Virus record (IMG/VR): IMGVR_UViG_3300045995_000471
Reading direction: 5' to 3' (one strand)
Source: an uncultured virus (IMG/VR IMGVR_UViG_3300045995_000471)
Taxonomy: Duplodnaviria; Heunggongvirae; Uroviricota; Caudoviricetes
DNA length: 64,000 nucleotides
Shown: positions 39,001 to 48,400 of the stretch, piece after piece
Position numbering within the stretch: the first letter of the stretch is position 1
Layout of the letters: each line of letters starts with the position of its first letter
Made by a program: the position numbers and the translations under genes
The notes under the pieces: generated by a model
Seen by the model: only the letters and a program-made list of their open reading frames with translations
Database searches by the model: none
What the model was told of the DNA's origin: nothing

Positions 39001-42000
39001 TTATAATATCGCCATTCTTTAACATCTACCTCTTCTGCAACAGGCACGACAAAGAATATCCATGGATGTCTAGCCGATTCTTTTCTCTCTAATATCTCTA
39101 TATCGGTAGTAATTTGGATTTTTTGATACTGAACTTCATTTTTTGATTCAGTTCCTATATTAACAACTGCCTTGTCTTTAGTATAACCAGGAAAAGGTCT
39201 CTTTACTTGGGAATAATTCATAGGAATAAACTTTATTATTTTTTCCTTCTCCATCTGTTTACCATCAGCATCATTATATTTTTGTTTTATTTTACCATAC
39301 ATACTGAATATCATAAACTCAGAAGACTGATGACAAATTTCTGGGTTCATGGCAATGATAATCATGGAAGTACAAGACGACGTGCGGTACCATTTACAAA
39401 TATTATCATTTATTTTTGCACCTTTTACCTGACCAGCCTGAGCGGTAGGTGTACTACCACTATCAGATTCCCTTGTAGAATACACAATAATCTTCTTTGT
39501 TGCCTTCCCAGGAAAGGAGTACCAAGGAACAGTATCTTCAGCCTGCTTACCCCCCTGATTTACTATAAAATTACGCCATTCGGTAGTGCCTGATTGTTCT
39601 GGAATCGTTAATGTGATATCTTCAGGCTGGCTACCCGGAGGCAATAATTTAGTATACTTATCTACGTCTTTAAAATCAGCCTTATCTGGGCTCAGATATG
39701 GTATGTATAGACGCTCAGAAGACTCATCTTTAGCCGCTACACCCACATCTTTATTATCAGAATCTCCTTTGCCGGTGTACTTAGATAAATCTACCCAACT
39801 GTAAACTTCTGCTTTAATATCGGATTTGCTCTGGTCTGGAGGAGAAGGCTCTGGTTCCTTGGGCTGTCTAGATGCTAGATTATCTCTTATCTTTTGGATG
39901 CTTTCTTTATCTTTCTGGCGTTGGATGATGGACGCATCTAAGAGACTAACCATAGTAATGTTTCCATCTTTAGAATAGGTTTCTCTATTAGCCTCCATAG
40001 TTTTGATATCAGTATCTATCTCTGCTATATTGTTATCAATTTCTTTTAATGCTTTCACTATATATTCAGGATCATTAATATTAACTTGGGCTATTTCTAA
40101 TTGTAGTTTTGCCTTAGTTTTAGACAACTCCCCTTTTGCTATGTCTATCGCTTTATTTTTTTGTAAAATTTGTGACACAATAAAAGATCTAGGTCCCGAA
40201 GCAGCCTCTAGGAGTTTTGCAGCATCTGCTTCAGACAGAGGATCACCAGTAACAGCCGCATAGTACTTACCATCAATCTTTGTAACCGGCCCACTCAAAG
40301 ATGCTTGTAGAGTCTGTATATCACTCTTGAGGTATGATATTTGTAAAGATATAGCATCCTCAGTAGGCATATAATCACCGGTGACAGACGAGAAATACCA
40401 ATCTCCTATCTTAATAGCAGTTCCTAACTCTATCTTTCCCGCCGAGACAGGTGTACTAATTTTATTCAGTGCGGCCTGACTTACGAATAAAGAAGGTCTA
40501 CCATTCCACACTGACTTCCAACTAGTAACTAAGTGTGTGTTAGATTGATAAGTATATCCGTGCCTAAAGGTGGGCTTTATTTTAATAATGTCTGCATCTA
40601 CTTTGGATGCAGAACCGAAACCGAAAACAATGATGTGATTAGGATTATCTAGGGTACTTAATGGAACATCCTCAAAAATAAATTTACCACGTTCATCCAC
40701 ACTTGTTTGTAGGAGAGCCATATTCTTTAGGACTGGCTGACCCCCAGGACTATAAGACCTATAAATATCAGCCCACAATTGTCTTAATAGTTTTTGGATA
40801 GCAGGATCTCCACCCTTCAAATCAAGCAGTCCTTGCTCCAATGTTATTTTATCTCTATTCCAAGTATCATTCTGTACAAAGGCTGTATTTATGCAAAACA
40901 CTCCCGACAAATACTGTCCTTTCGTTACTTGCCCCACTACTTGAGTTTTTAAACCATCACGAGACCATACCATTTTAAGATAGGCTTTATCCTTAAGTTT
41001 CTTTAAGGATTCAGCATAAGTTTTCGTGTCGGTCACATCTAATTTCAATAAACTTAGATCAGAGATGGGCCATATAATCTTCAAGTTTCCCGTAGTTTTA
41101 AGATCAACATTCTTTACCAAAGTAGGAATATCAGGAACCTGGTTACCATCCTTTTTAGTCCCATCTGGTTTACGGTTAAATGAAACGGCTGATCCTCCAG
41201 GTAATTTTCTCATAGGAGCTAAAGATATTTTCCCATCTTCTGGGTTAATCTCGGCCTTCCTAGCATATACTTCATACTCGGCATGCCAGGTCTCCGAAGT
41301 TATTATGTCTCCATTGTCATTTACGATTTTATTGGTTTGTTTCCAGGCTGGATTAAATGGAACAGTTGTCCATATACGAGGCACTAACCATGTGTCCTTC
41401 CATTCTTCCACGGTCCATGGCAACCCACCTTTAGATAGCCACATTAATTCCAGAATAGCCGCTGCAGTAACTGAATCTCCTGCATACATATTCTCTAGTT
41501 TTGCATATCTCTTGGACTCAAAAGTTCCCATAAGTGGGTTCTCATAAGAAGGGCACGCTCTTCCATCCACCAGACTGAAAGCTCCGCCTCCATTACAAGT
41601 ATGGCCCCAAGTATATCTTACACTACAATCAGGATTTCCGCAGTTCTTAGGACTGAAAGGACTGCCCTCCCTAGCAGTATGCCAAACTGGAGAACAGGTT
41701 GTATCATTTTTATCATAGGGGTCTATTCTTTTAGAGGGAGTTATCAAAGAATCAGTTAGGGTGTAGATAACACGGTGATTATTTCCACACTCTGGCAAGG
41801 AAGGATCATAGTTTCTACCGAACATAGCATTTAATTGGTATGCATCAGTCTCAGACAATACATCTTGAGTTCCATCAGTATATGGGATAGTCATACCTGC
41901 TATGAAGTAGTCCCCAGATTTAAAAATATAGTCCACTAGGTCACTCATACCTGGCTTACGTGATACCTTCCTGAATGCTCCAGGTATTTTATCCCCTAAA

Positions 42001-42803
42001 ACTGCAGCTTGTGCTACAGCTAAATCTATAGCTCGGAACATACTAGGAGTGAATATAATAGGACGCATGCCTTTCCACCAACAACAAGGTACAACTGTAG
42101 CTCTAGCGTTCAACATGAGATACACCATCCCTAAACGACCCGGGCGGGCAGGAAATTTTTTGGATAACTGTTGTCCCACGTATTTAGGAATCGGCCCCGC
42201 AAAACTTGGACCAGACTGTGTAGACCTAGAAAAAGTATCCCAGATATTATAAACATTAGGAAAATCTTCTTTTCCTTCAGGTTGTGCAAAACCCGTAGCG
42301 ATATTACCTTGTACAGCCCCATCAAACATAGAGATTGCCATACCACCTCGTGGGGAATAGCAGTTGCACATGGGAAATTCTACCAGTTCTTGCCCAGCAA
42401 TACCTTGTTTAGTAGGTTCAGCATTGCCAGCATTGCAATATTTACAAATGAAATAGTCTCTAGGAATAGATGGGTCAATAAGGGGATCCTCTACACGAAG
42501 AGCACCTGACACACGGCCCTCGAACTCACCAGTCTGGGTAGAATTAGGGATACGAGTATCACTAGCAGCCAAATCATACCGAACAGTCCACCTCTTTATC
42601 CCACAATAATACTTCCAGCTTCCTGCTACAGAAACCTTAGTAAGATAAGCACAAGTTCCAGGTAAAATATTCTTATCAGATTCAATTAAATAACCAGTCT
42701 CTGATAACTGAGAGTATACCGATGCAGGTATATTCTCAGGATTATACATTGAGAGGGTTGATTCGGAGGCGTGTTTTATTCTATATATTAGGTTGGAGGG
42801 CAT
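33003..42803 (-). CDS. Giant (3266 aa) protein of unknown function, probably virion-associated
   Basis: 9.8-kb ORF with Cys clusters and two coiled-coil-like inserts; in the structural block. Confidence 0.7.
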   Translation of the reverse strand: MPSNLIYRIKHASESTLSMYNPENIPASVYSQLSETGYLIESDKNILPGTCAYLTKVSVAGSWKYYCGIKRWTVRYDLAASDTRIPNSTQTGEFEGRVSGALRVEDPLIDPSIPRDYFICKYCNAGNAEPTKQGIAGQELVEFPMCNCYSPRGGMAISMFDGAVQGNIATGFAQPEGKEDFPNVYNIWDTFSRSTQSGPSFAGPIPKYVGQQLSKKFPARPGRLGMVYLMLNARATVVPCCWWKGMRPIIFTPSMFRAIDLAVAQAAVLGDKIPGAFRKVSRKPGMSDLVDYIFKSGDYFIAGMTIPYTDGTQDVLSETDAYQLNAMFGRNYDPSLPECGNNHRVIYTLTDSLITPSKRIDPYDKNDTTCSPVWHTAREGSPFSPKNCGNPDCSVRYTWGHTCNGGGAFSLVDGRACPSYENPLMGTFESKRYAKLENMYAGDSVTAAAILELMWLSKGGLPWTVEEWKDTWLVPRIWTTVPFNPAWKQTNKIVNDNGDIITSETWHAEYEVYARKAEINPEDGKISLAPMRKLPGGSAVSFNRKPDGTKKDGNQVPDIPTLVKNVDLKTTGNLKIIWPISDLSLLKLDVTDTKTYAESLKKLKDKAYLKMVWSRDGLKTQVVGQVTKGQYLSGVFCINTAFVQNDTWNRDKITLEQGLLDLKGGDPAIQKLLRQLWADIYRSYSPGGQPVLKNMALLQTSVDERGKFIFEDVPLSTLDNPNHIIVFGFGSASKVDADIIKIKPTFRHGYTYQSNTHLVTSWKSVWNGRPSLFVSQAALNKISTPVSAGKIELGTAIKIGDWYFSSVTGDYMPTEDAISLQISYLKSDIQTLQASLSGPVTKIDGKYYAAVTGDPLSEADAAKLLEAASGPRSFIVSQILQKNKAIDIAKGELSKTKAKLQLEIAQVNINDPEYIVKALKEIDNNIAEIDTDIKTMEANRETYSKDGNITMVSLLDASIIQRQKDKESIQKIRDNLASRQPKEPEPSPPDQSKSDIKAEVYSWVDLSKYTGKGDSDNKDVGVAAKDESSERLYIPYLSPDKADFKDVDKYTKLLPPGSQPEDITLTIPEQSGTTEWRNFIVNQGGKQAEDTVPWYSFPGKATKKIIVYSTRESDSGSTPTAQAGQVKGAKINDNICKWYRTSSCTSMIIIAMNPEICHQSSEFMIFSMYGKIKQKYNDADGKQMEKEKIIKFIPMNYSQVKRPFPGYTKDKAVVNIGTESKNEVQYQKIQITTDIEILERKESARHPWIFFVVPVAEEVDVKEWRYYNDMWYPPLKGASPITIPDHDELEIYMEYAYIADIYDEHEADAKYMWEKEGNYYKKETRIMFSSPKSGIMRTLFRYEPAEDKVDGYDKVPMGTCSMATVWPHAKYACRDYEIMYIWRDTYPGEELTTGNMKNRTMTNSAASKVACKTKGKDQMFTMVDQGDHDLGTEFQPSLQYNTRTSTNVQGGTPRFQMTRAEWSSTFTQKADAAIVNRDPTFGFPKSSNTLNMPPDNPGALYYPYTRGEPSSVYVPRHNGYPWEFMDKWRNKPKEAENLGAFRMQASDWCIRGTDVTRVRTWSRHWIYDEKRETQFIGRSKTRGPVFQLEYREYYDVPTKTVFLKPYVANTASAPDQCYCSLCNRYFARDVCFDSKSPQPCPLCNKYSDYNSDPPTAPSITRKSGWKADWMYLVDRQESETPDIPVETLSEGEKDVFVIKDPSRQDYDEWKTKVETLFQQWSGDQTNATLETNLKKEQARGRLRGWIANFTGGLSFLNEEESRKLDSAQQQVQSIEDKSEIDILTGVDKYGLKKRKDLGAFQISDQYVPGSIDPYYGSDPNSSEEMKYKELEDAARKAESAAAAAKGDAARYESKQKILDANPQSTFSEGGSVYSADGRATYTSRGAPTNKISDKVDEAKKIQSEKEDEAAALRSKVNEFNSRSARGQARDALATKTQEARTKLEKTCNRYYEYQQTAFGYNYPWSPFDSPPLFGNMGREMFSIELCTIGSVISWLPRADGKSKETPSFPAIPSWWTSATPSGQPREMVTLLAPPIECTRALIPMASEAINPFYYYIMTEDPFREEGPTEGGGEELKSIPTKDVRIVTQYDPVLCGQPYTRSDAGRFTLSIKADVPLCRITVVGDSASYYDSQDNILLEVTGFAEEKKLLTVSKAKPDPYLSGSDVKGFAVADKDIISVGNRYPGFYGSYNYGKTFVGFKKPTGADSAVHWAWPEDVRDKITRAKKILKWYPELMDPMPVIPADTEKLAIESILKEYYSRPIKTKQDSVDDTGLWSISSIMCGPYSKKKDNMDDGREVSCGPNLKEDGSNSKNEKEKKFLKTYFAIVAESERIDNDGKMRPPLMWVRKLSDANLGTIIDYKVPSEADSEVPHAVYHSGSIVPVELEKGDEDDKDEYGKPAYRGVFSTGEIIFKDAGLGLKNPTGGANLLTSSNMNAAGYYPGFIIGNVNYRTLGKIFEEREFQGTEYHSRIDKKISSGGQNEHSLSGNFSLPRFNSDALFLEITLDSWFSESNLSDYLHNATDSMSLEVSIAAAAVPGGNPLSTSNVTFNTSLPVIPDTGEKDMKVKYFLDFGTSFDLSITFKWWVKTDPGNFYQGLWKGSETKVEMKDQYDRDGKLSSQKLETVPNPDNFCYLDNLISSIKIGVLSPGKCAELVEVEEVGFYVSTGSKCELEVSGKEYDFFTEQDQDWYKPNWEDFDKKLERTEGWWKDSGRYTAEDTTGAGVDESWFVKAEEQMYTSMREEEEKTLKDPSGQSKKSLLGKVPKAEIFPRAGVEVPELPLSRLKMIAWNAINQGETPDARVYPYNWDPAEKEKSWMWGGVWTTRMAGPEWITTSGADKYPTRDYIWWPALPYKAGKVILKGRYFITGDQYKDESKAINKKKYRGVESKDDDKYNEYAYKYEVRGFDALLKMIQTVEQGGAEDRRSAAMGREFGTSYAQKQNTLKSLNNSGWEKTPLSARGTQGSLGGAYSRTLAGGDVGASRDYAEQMANAAQQGIYNSIQNSMRGRVNDQRNWVFLDQINMKIDEVNWEDIKNREGYQEEIFEEARKLEAKDFSNSRFKFTAIIPYHDWNEIMDITGANLKKDQKFESRGGDEASPITVSELKEIKDEDCHIEWYGWEWKEVSSFSFRNEYDDRYPLKASTTDTKWKTLLVRKCGSKWAHKDTEVDGGKIWTGKEEELVGKREHLKKNHPLIVQVDCADMSSKKSQQTIDPTKADASYTDTTDDSKYSCIRLAQKWEPGGEAIWPKTVSNDGGKTFNWPDPWWRF

Positions 42804-42806
42804 GCG

Positions 42807-43127
42807 TTACCTCCCGTCATCATACGGGCCACGCATCTCCCCTGTAGACTCATTGAGGGTATATTTTATTCTTCGTCCATCTTCCCAGTATCCTATGGTA
42901 CGACTTTCAAGACGTTGCCCTCCTGTAAAACCTGGTCCCACTAGGATAGACTCTCCCTTTTGAGAGAAATAATGTTTTTTACCAGCAATAACCCAATGTC
43001 TATCTTCAAATACGATAGCGACAGATTCTATATCCCCAACATTCGGGAGCTGGCTAAAAGGCCTATCAAAGTCCCACTCAGGAATTACAGTTCCATCTTT
43101 ATATTTGACTACCCATCCACGTGCCAT
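42807..43127 (-). CDS. Hypothetical protein
   Basis: 106 aa; TAATG coupling to the upstream gene. Confidence 0.65.
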   Translation of the reverse strand: MARGWVVKYKDGTVIPEWDFDRPFSQLPNVGDIESVAIVFEDRHWVIAGKKHYFSQKGESILVGPGFTGGQRLESRTIGYWEDGRRIKYTLNESTGEMRGPYDDGR

Positions 43128-43771
43128 TATTCCAGTCTGTAGCCTCCTCTATAAAGTCTTTTGTAGCAGTTACGTTCTATCAGTCTAGTAAGTTCAGATT
43201 GTAAAGTAGTAAGTAAATCTTTGTATGGATCAACACCACCAGCTAGTGATTGGCGATAGCTCTGGTTCTTGTCAGTGACTTCCCGGGACATATACTCTCC
43301 GTCCTCAAACATCTTGTCTCGTATAGATGGCAATAAGTCTATGGCAGCTTTTATAATCTCCATCTCCAAGGTGATACAGTTTGGCGTCCTAACGATAGGA
43401 GACAAGTCCACGCTTAAGAAAGCAGTCCATATCTCATAGTCAGACAGCTTGAACGTCTCTAACCAGAAGTCCATGCCTGAGGCCGTTAAATCATAACCAT
43501 CAAGAGCAATGTAATGATAGTCTATGACTTGAGCACAATCTATTCCTGAACATACAGTGTTACCAACTTTAAGGTTGTAGGGCCAGACTTTTGGGTTTTC
43601 AATATAGAAAGTAGAAGTGTCCCCATCTATATAGTCACTAAAGTTGTCAGTAGGGGAAAGACGAAACCGTTTTAATACGGTTCTATCTCCAAGACGATCT
43701 CTGATGGCCGTGGTAATGAGACTATCACAATTGTAAATTGTGCATTCAGATGGATATGTTCTGGTAATCAT
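43127..43771 (-). CDS. Hypothetical protein, weakly head-tail adaptor-like
   Basis: IRDRLGD near the N-terminus and a helical C-terminus (YKDLLTTLQSELTRLIE); function tentative. Confidence 0.5.
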   Translation of the reverse strand: MITRTYPSECTIYNCDSLITTAIRDRLGDRTVLKRFRLSPTDNFSDYIDGDTSTFYIENPKVWPYNLKVGNTVCSGIDCAQVIDYHYIALDGYDLTASGMDFWLETFKLSDYEIWTAFLSVDLSPIVRTPNCITLEMEIIKAAIDLLPSIRDKMFEDGEYMSREVTDKNQSYRQSLAGGVDPYKDLLTTLQSELTRLIERNCYKRLYRGGYRLE

Positions 43772-43776
43772 GTTGC

Positions 43777-45399
43777 TTACTCAGTATAGTCGTAGTAACA
43801 GCGGTATACCACTGTCTTTTGCCCGGATTCATCGGCTCCTAATTGTATTGCACAAAAAATATAGTCAGAAATCAAAGAATCATAGGGGTCGATTCCGATA
43901 GTTTTTGAGTCATCTGCTGTCGATACATTGGTTAGGTTAGCATCTATAGCGTACATATAACTAGTCTTAGGCGGAACTAAATCTTGTACATTCACTTGAT
44001 TCCACCACTCTACATCATAATTAGTATTCACTGCTTTCTGTCCCGGCCCAACAGTGCCATAACGAAAAGCCGTGTTGATACCATCATGGTAGCCCATGCC
44101 ACCATCATTCAGAAGCCCATACTTCACATTGGTTAATTCTACAGCACCACCTACGAGGTCGAATCTCACGCAGAATACACGGGAAGATGTAGTGACAGTA
44201 ATATTTCCTAGGTTGATGGATGTAATGTCATAACGATAGGGTACTGGACCAGGTAGTCTTACCCTTAGAGTGTCCCCAGGAGCGACAGCATAGTTTTGAT
44301 TGGCCGCTATATAAATGCCTTTTCTACCAATAGGAAAATAACTACCATACGAACTAGTTGACTGTTGCGTCCACTGGACATCTCCTTTCCTAGAACTCCA
44401 AATCACTTTACGTAGGGCTGAGCCCCAACCGTAATTAAAACCTTCTGGAGCTAATATACCACTAGCAGAGATCAGCCATGCATCTCCAGGGTAGGAGAAA
44501 GGAGCATTACTAAACTTAACCCACAAGCCTTTGTTCCCTAAGGAATATGGTCGGTTAGGATATAGTAATTCAAGGGCCCCACCAGACATAGTAGTGTCTC
44601 CGCCCGCACCATACCAAGACATTTGTGGCACAGCACCCTTAACACCATTCATGTAAGAAGCAGATCCGCTAACTGTAACAACTAGATGATATACAGAATC
44701 ATCCGAATAATTATATATACCTCCTAAGGTAACGGTGCCTGGGTAAGTTCCGCTAGCATGCGTAATTATAGAGGCAGTCCCTTGATTGGCCCCACCATCA
44801 GAGTTAATAGCCACGATAGTGTATTCATCCCAAGAACCTGCAAACGATGTACCACTTACAGATATAGATCCACTCCAAGTATTAGTTGTTTTATTTCCTG
44901 CAGAAACTCCACCACTATAGAATCTATTATTGTCTGAACCGTAAGCAGCCACGCCATGTGTGAAGCCAAGTTTGGTAGCAGCACTACTATCAGTAATATC
45001 AACAGAAACAGAAGTATTATAACCACAAATACCACCCCGCAGTTCAAAGGCACCAGCATACCAATCGCAGTAGGCACTAGTCCATATAGGACTATTAACG
45101 GGGTATTCTCGGTGCATCTTATCGGTGATATCTCTGGCAAGCACACGGGGATCTAGGTTGTTACCACTGGTGAGTGTAAATATTTTGGAATGGGCTTGAC
45201 TACCATCATTCATAGTAATAAGTAGATTACACTCACTGGATGCTAGATTTATTGGGATTTGAGGAGGTACACCACCTCGTAGAGACGGAGGCGTTCCCCT
45301 TCCGTACATATAATTCACATTATGACCAGCATTAAGGTAGTCTGCTAAGCCTACGCCGCTGGAGTTAGTATACATTTCTACCCATCGTGGTTGTGCCAT
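43777..45399 (-). CDS. Gly/Ser-rich putative virion structural protein
   Basis: 540 aa, GGAGG RBS; two internal repeats (LGNKGLWVKFS..PGDAW / IGRKGIYIAAN..PGDTL). Confidence 0.7.
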   Translation of the reverse strand: MAQPRWVEMYTNSSGVGLADYLNAGHNVNYMYGRGTPPSLRGGVPPQIPINLASSECNLLITMNDGSQAHSKIFTLTSGNNLDPRVLARDITDKMHREYPVNSPIWTSAYCDWYAGAFELRGGICGYNTSVSVDITDSSAATKLGFTHGVAAYGSDNNRFYSGGVSAGNKTTNTWSGSISVSGTSFAGSWDEYTIVAINSDGGANQGTASIITHASGTYPGTVTLGGIYNYSDDSVYHLVVTVSGSASYMNGVKGAVPQMSWYGAGGDTTMSGGALELLYPNRPYSLGNKGLWVKFSNAPFSYPGDAWLISASGILAPEGFNYGWGSALRKVIWSSRKGDVQWTQQSTSSYGSYFPIGRKGIYIAANQNYAVAPGDTLRVRLPGPVPYRYDITSINLGNITVTTSSRVFCVRFDLVGGAVELTNVKYGLLNDGGMGYHDGINTAFRYGTVGPGQKAVNTNYDVEWWNQVNVQDLVPPKTSYMYAIDANLTNVSTADDSKTIGIDPYDSLISDYIFCAIQLGADESGQKTVVYRCYYDYTE

Positions 45400-45447
45400 A
45401 TCAATATCCTCCGATAATCGTGTCTGCTATAAACCAAAGCAGGTCAG

Positions 45448-48400
45448 TTAATTGGGTTTATCTTGTGTCCTGAATTTCCATACATACACCATTTCGTTCC
45501 CATCCAAATCTTTACACGAGACCTCTATCTCAACATCCTCACTATACTGCAAAAACTGACTATAGGCTAGAATTCCTATCTTCAAATCATCCTTTGGTAT
45601 AGGTTTAGGAGTAAGTGTAACATAGAAATCTGCCTTGTATCCGGGCGACGTCCAGAACATATAGGACTTATTCAGTAATCCAGGAGCAAAAAGATCTGTT
45701 TTTATACTTACAAATATAGGTAATTTATGATTAAAATCCCATGCAGGATATAAGTCCTTTATAGCCTGATGGAACCAACTGGTTTGCCATCCATAATAAA
45801 TTATATAATCATTAACATTATATACACTACACGTAGGATTATTATTATGTGCTTCCACAGTTAGTTGTATCGCCCGATTGCCTTTCCAGTTCCAATCATT
45901 ATTGGGATCCCAATGCATTCTATGCATTACTATGCCTGACGACCCAGTCCATTCATTGCCGGTCCATGTAGTAAACCATGTACCCGAGCACACAAATTCA
46001 CTAAAACCATCTGACCAAGTTAGACTACATTCTGATTCTGCTATATCAGTTTCAGGATAATCACTATCTAGGAGATCCACCCAAAAGTGTTCTCCTCGGG
46101 CATTCAACTCATCAATTCTCTTACTTTCGCCCTTGTTAAGAAAGACATTTCCAAATTCTATGTTGTCATTAGGAATGAATTCAAAACTATAACTATTCGC
46201 AAACCTGTTTGGCTGCAATGCATCAAACTGAGAACCATACCCTACACTATCGGTTCCGCTAATGACCACAGCAACAGTCTTACCAAAATATAATATCTGA
46301 GTATCATTAGGGGCGTAATAAGTAAATCTTCGGCCCCACGCACCACTATCGTCATAGATTGTACCGGGAGGATATAGTTGTCTATTTATACCCTCGGTAT
46401 ATACTACACCAGATTCAGTTAATTGTATATCCGCCCACTCTCCCTGCGCCTTTCCTAAATCTTCATAGGTAAGAGTACCACGGTCATCGCACCACTCGGT
46501 CATATTATTCCCGCCCGACCAAACAGTGAAATCTCCTATGTTGATGTAAGTCTGCTCCCACTTGACACCTGAAAAATCATCTAAGATTTCGAACACAATG
46601 CCCGAAGCAGGACACACACCAGAAGCCATAGGCAGAGGAGTTATAGGAATAACTATTGGAGCATTCGTATCAGGAACTATACCAAAATTAATATCAAGAT
46701 CTATAGGACTGGCAGGTTTGAAAGTAAATATCTCATCAAATTGCTCAGCCGTATAAAAATCAGAGATCCATCTAGCTCCCTTTTCCATGACAATCATATC
46801 AACATAGCCCGTATAATTATTAAAAAAATCTATATAACCACTGCCTGTAGTGCAAAGAGTTCCAGAAAGTGTTATGTTACCCCCCAGTTTAATCCCGTTG
46901 AAAAAAGTATTAACCCAAGGGCCTTTTTTGACTACAGCAAAATGAGCCCAGTTGTTACCGGTATAATTTATTACATCCGAACTACCCACCAGCATATTGT
47001 TTTGATATACACCCATACCTCCACCCATCCCAAAATCACAACGCAAAGCTTCAGTAGTATCCGAATTCTTAATTGAAAATAAAGTTGAGGGAGGAATGAT
47101 TGCGGTCCCTGCACTTCTTACCTGACATTCACTAAATTCTGCCTGATTCCCGTAACCTACCCACCCCTGAGGTTGTCCTATATATAATCTATAGAAACGG
47201 TGAGCTCCTATCGGTGGGTTAACTATCAACCAATCCCCCCATTGTGACATACTGGAAGGAGCAGAAGGAATAACCCAAGCCTGTGCTCGTGTGTAAGTAG
47301 TGTCATCATCTGAATAATAAAGCCAGACATTCCTCGGATAATGCCCATTCCACCAACTCGCCTCTTGGGTAGGAAGGAAACGGACAGCATCGAATTGCCA
47401 TGGAGAATCTGCTATCAAAGAACCATAGGAAGCACTAGCGCTATTCGGAGTAATAATAGTGGTAGTAGGTTCTTGTCCCCAAGTAAGACAACAAATAGTT
47501 GAAGGATTACCATCAAAAGCCTTAGCAAAGTTTTTATTATCCAAATAATTATTTTGAGAATATGTTAGTTTAGGGGGACTGGTGTATGCTTGGGCCTGTG
47601 CATTTAACCAGACATGGAAAGTCCAATCCCCGTTAAATAAAGATGCATCAAGCTTTTGTGTTTCTAAATAACACCCACTCGCAGTTTTACTTATAGCATA
47701 TTGTCCCTCATAAACTATACCAGTAGTAGTTGTTATGTAATTTGGGGGTGCATAACCACTGGTAGTCATCGCGTATATACTTATTGTGTATGGAGACTCA
47801 TCCCAAAGATAAGATAGTGCAGGCCCTCCGCTAGTAGTCACCTCACCAAGATGACTAGTAAATGGTAAATTAGCTTGGCTGCCACTTACTGAGGCATAAA
47901 AAAAACATTTGGACTTATCGTAGGTTAGACGAAAAGAAGGAGATTCTTCAGCTTTAACTCTTACAAATACTGATGCTCCCGGATCAAAAGATGTTTTGGG
48001 GTAATAAGAAAAATAATATGTTGATGGATCTATAACCGACAGTGCGGTCACGCAGGTATTAGCACCAGAATTAACTGCAGCTTTTCCGTCCAACATTAAT
48101 TCCCAATCATCTCCAATAGTAATAGACTCTAATCCTGACGTTGTAGTAACTTTAACATAATCAAAAGACGCATGGGTGTAAGCCGAAGTTACTTCTTGCC
48201 TGTTAGTGGTAACGCCCTTGAATTGTAAGTTACTAAACCATAGAGCGTTTGGTATTGTTCTAGGGGTATTCCAAAATGCACCCGGGGTATCTATATACAG
48301 TCGGTAATAACGGTAAGGTGTATTGTTAGGAAACTCAAGAAATAAATTCATATCAGCAGAGGGAACATACGCATTACCCGCTGAAGCATTATACCCTCGT

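Noticed and set aside
33003..42803. 3266-aa ORF as a virion RNA polymerase or tape measure protein
   Set aside because: No DFDGD-type catalytic motif seen; mostly non-helical, without Ala/Gly-rich periodic repeats.
45424..45442. CTGCT-N9-AGCAG hairpin between structural genes as a terminator
   Set aside because: Only a 5-bp stem and no U-tract on the coding strand.
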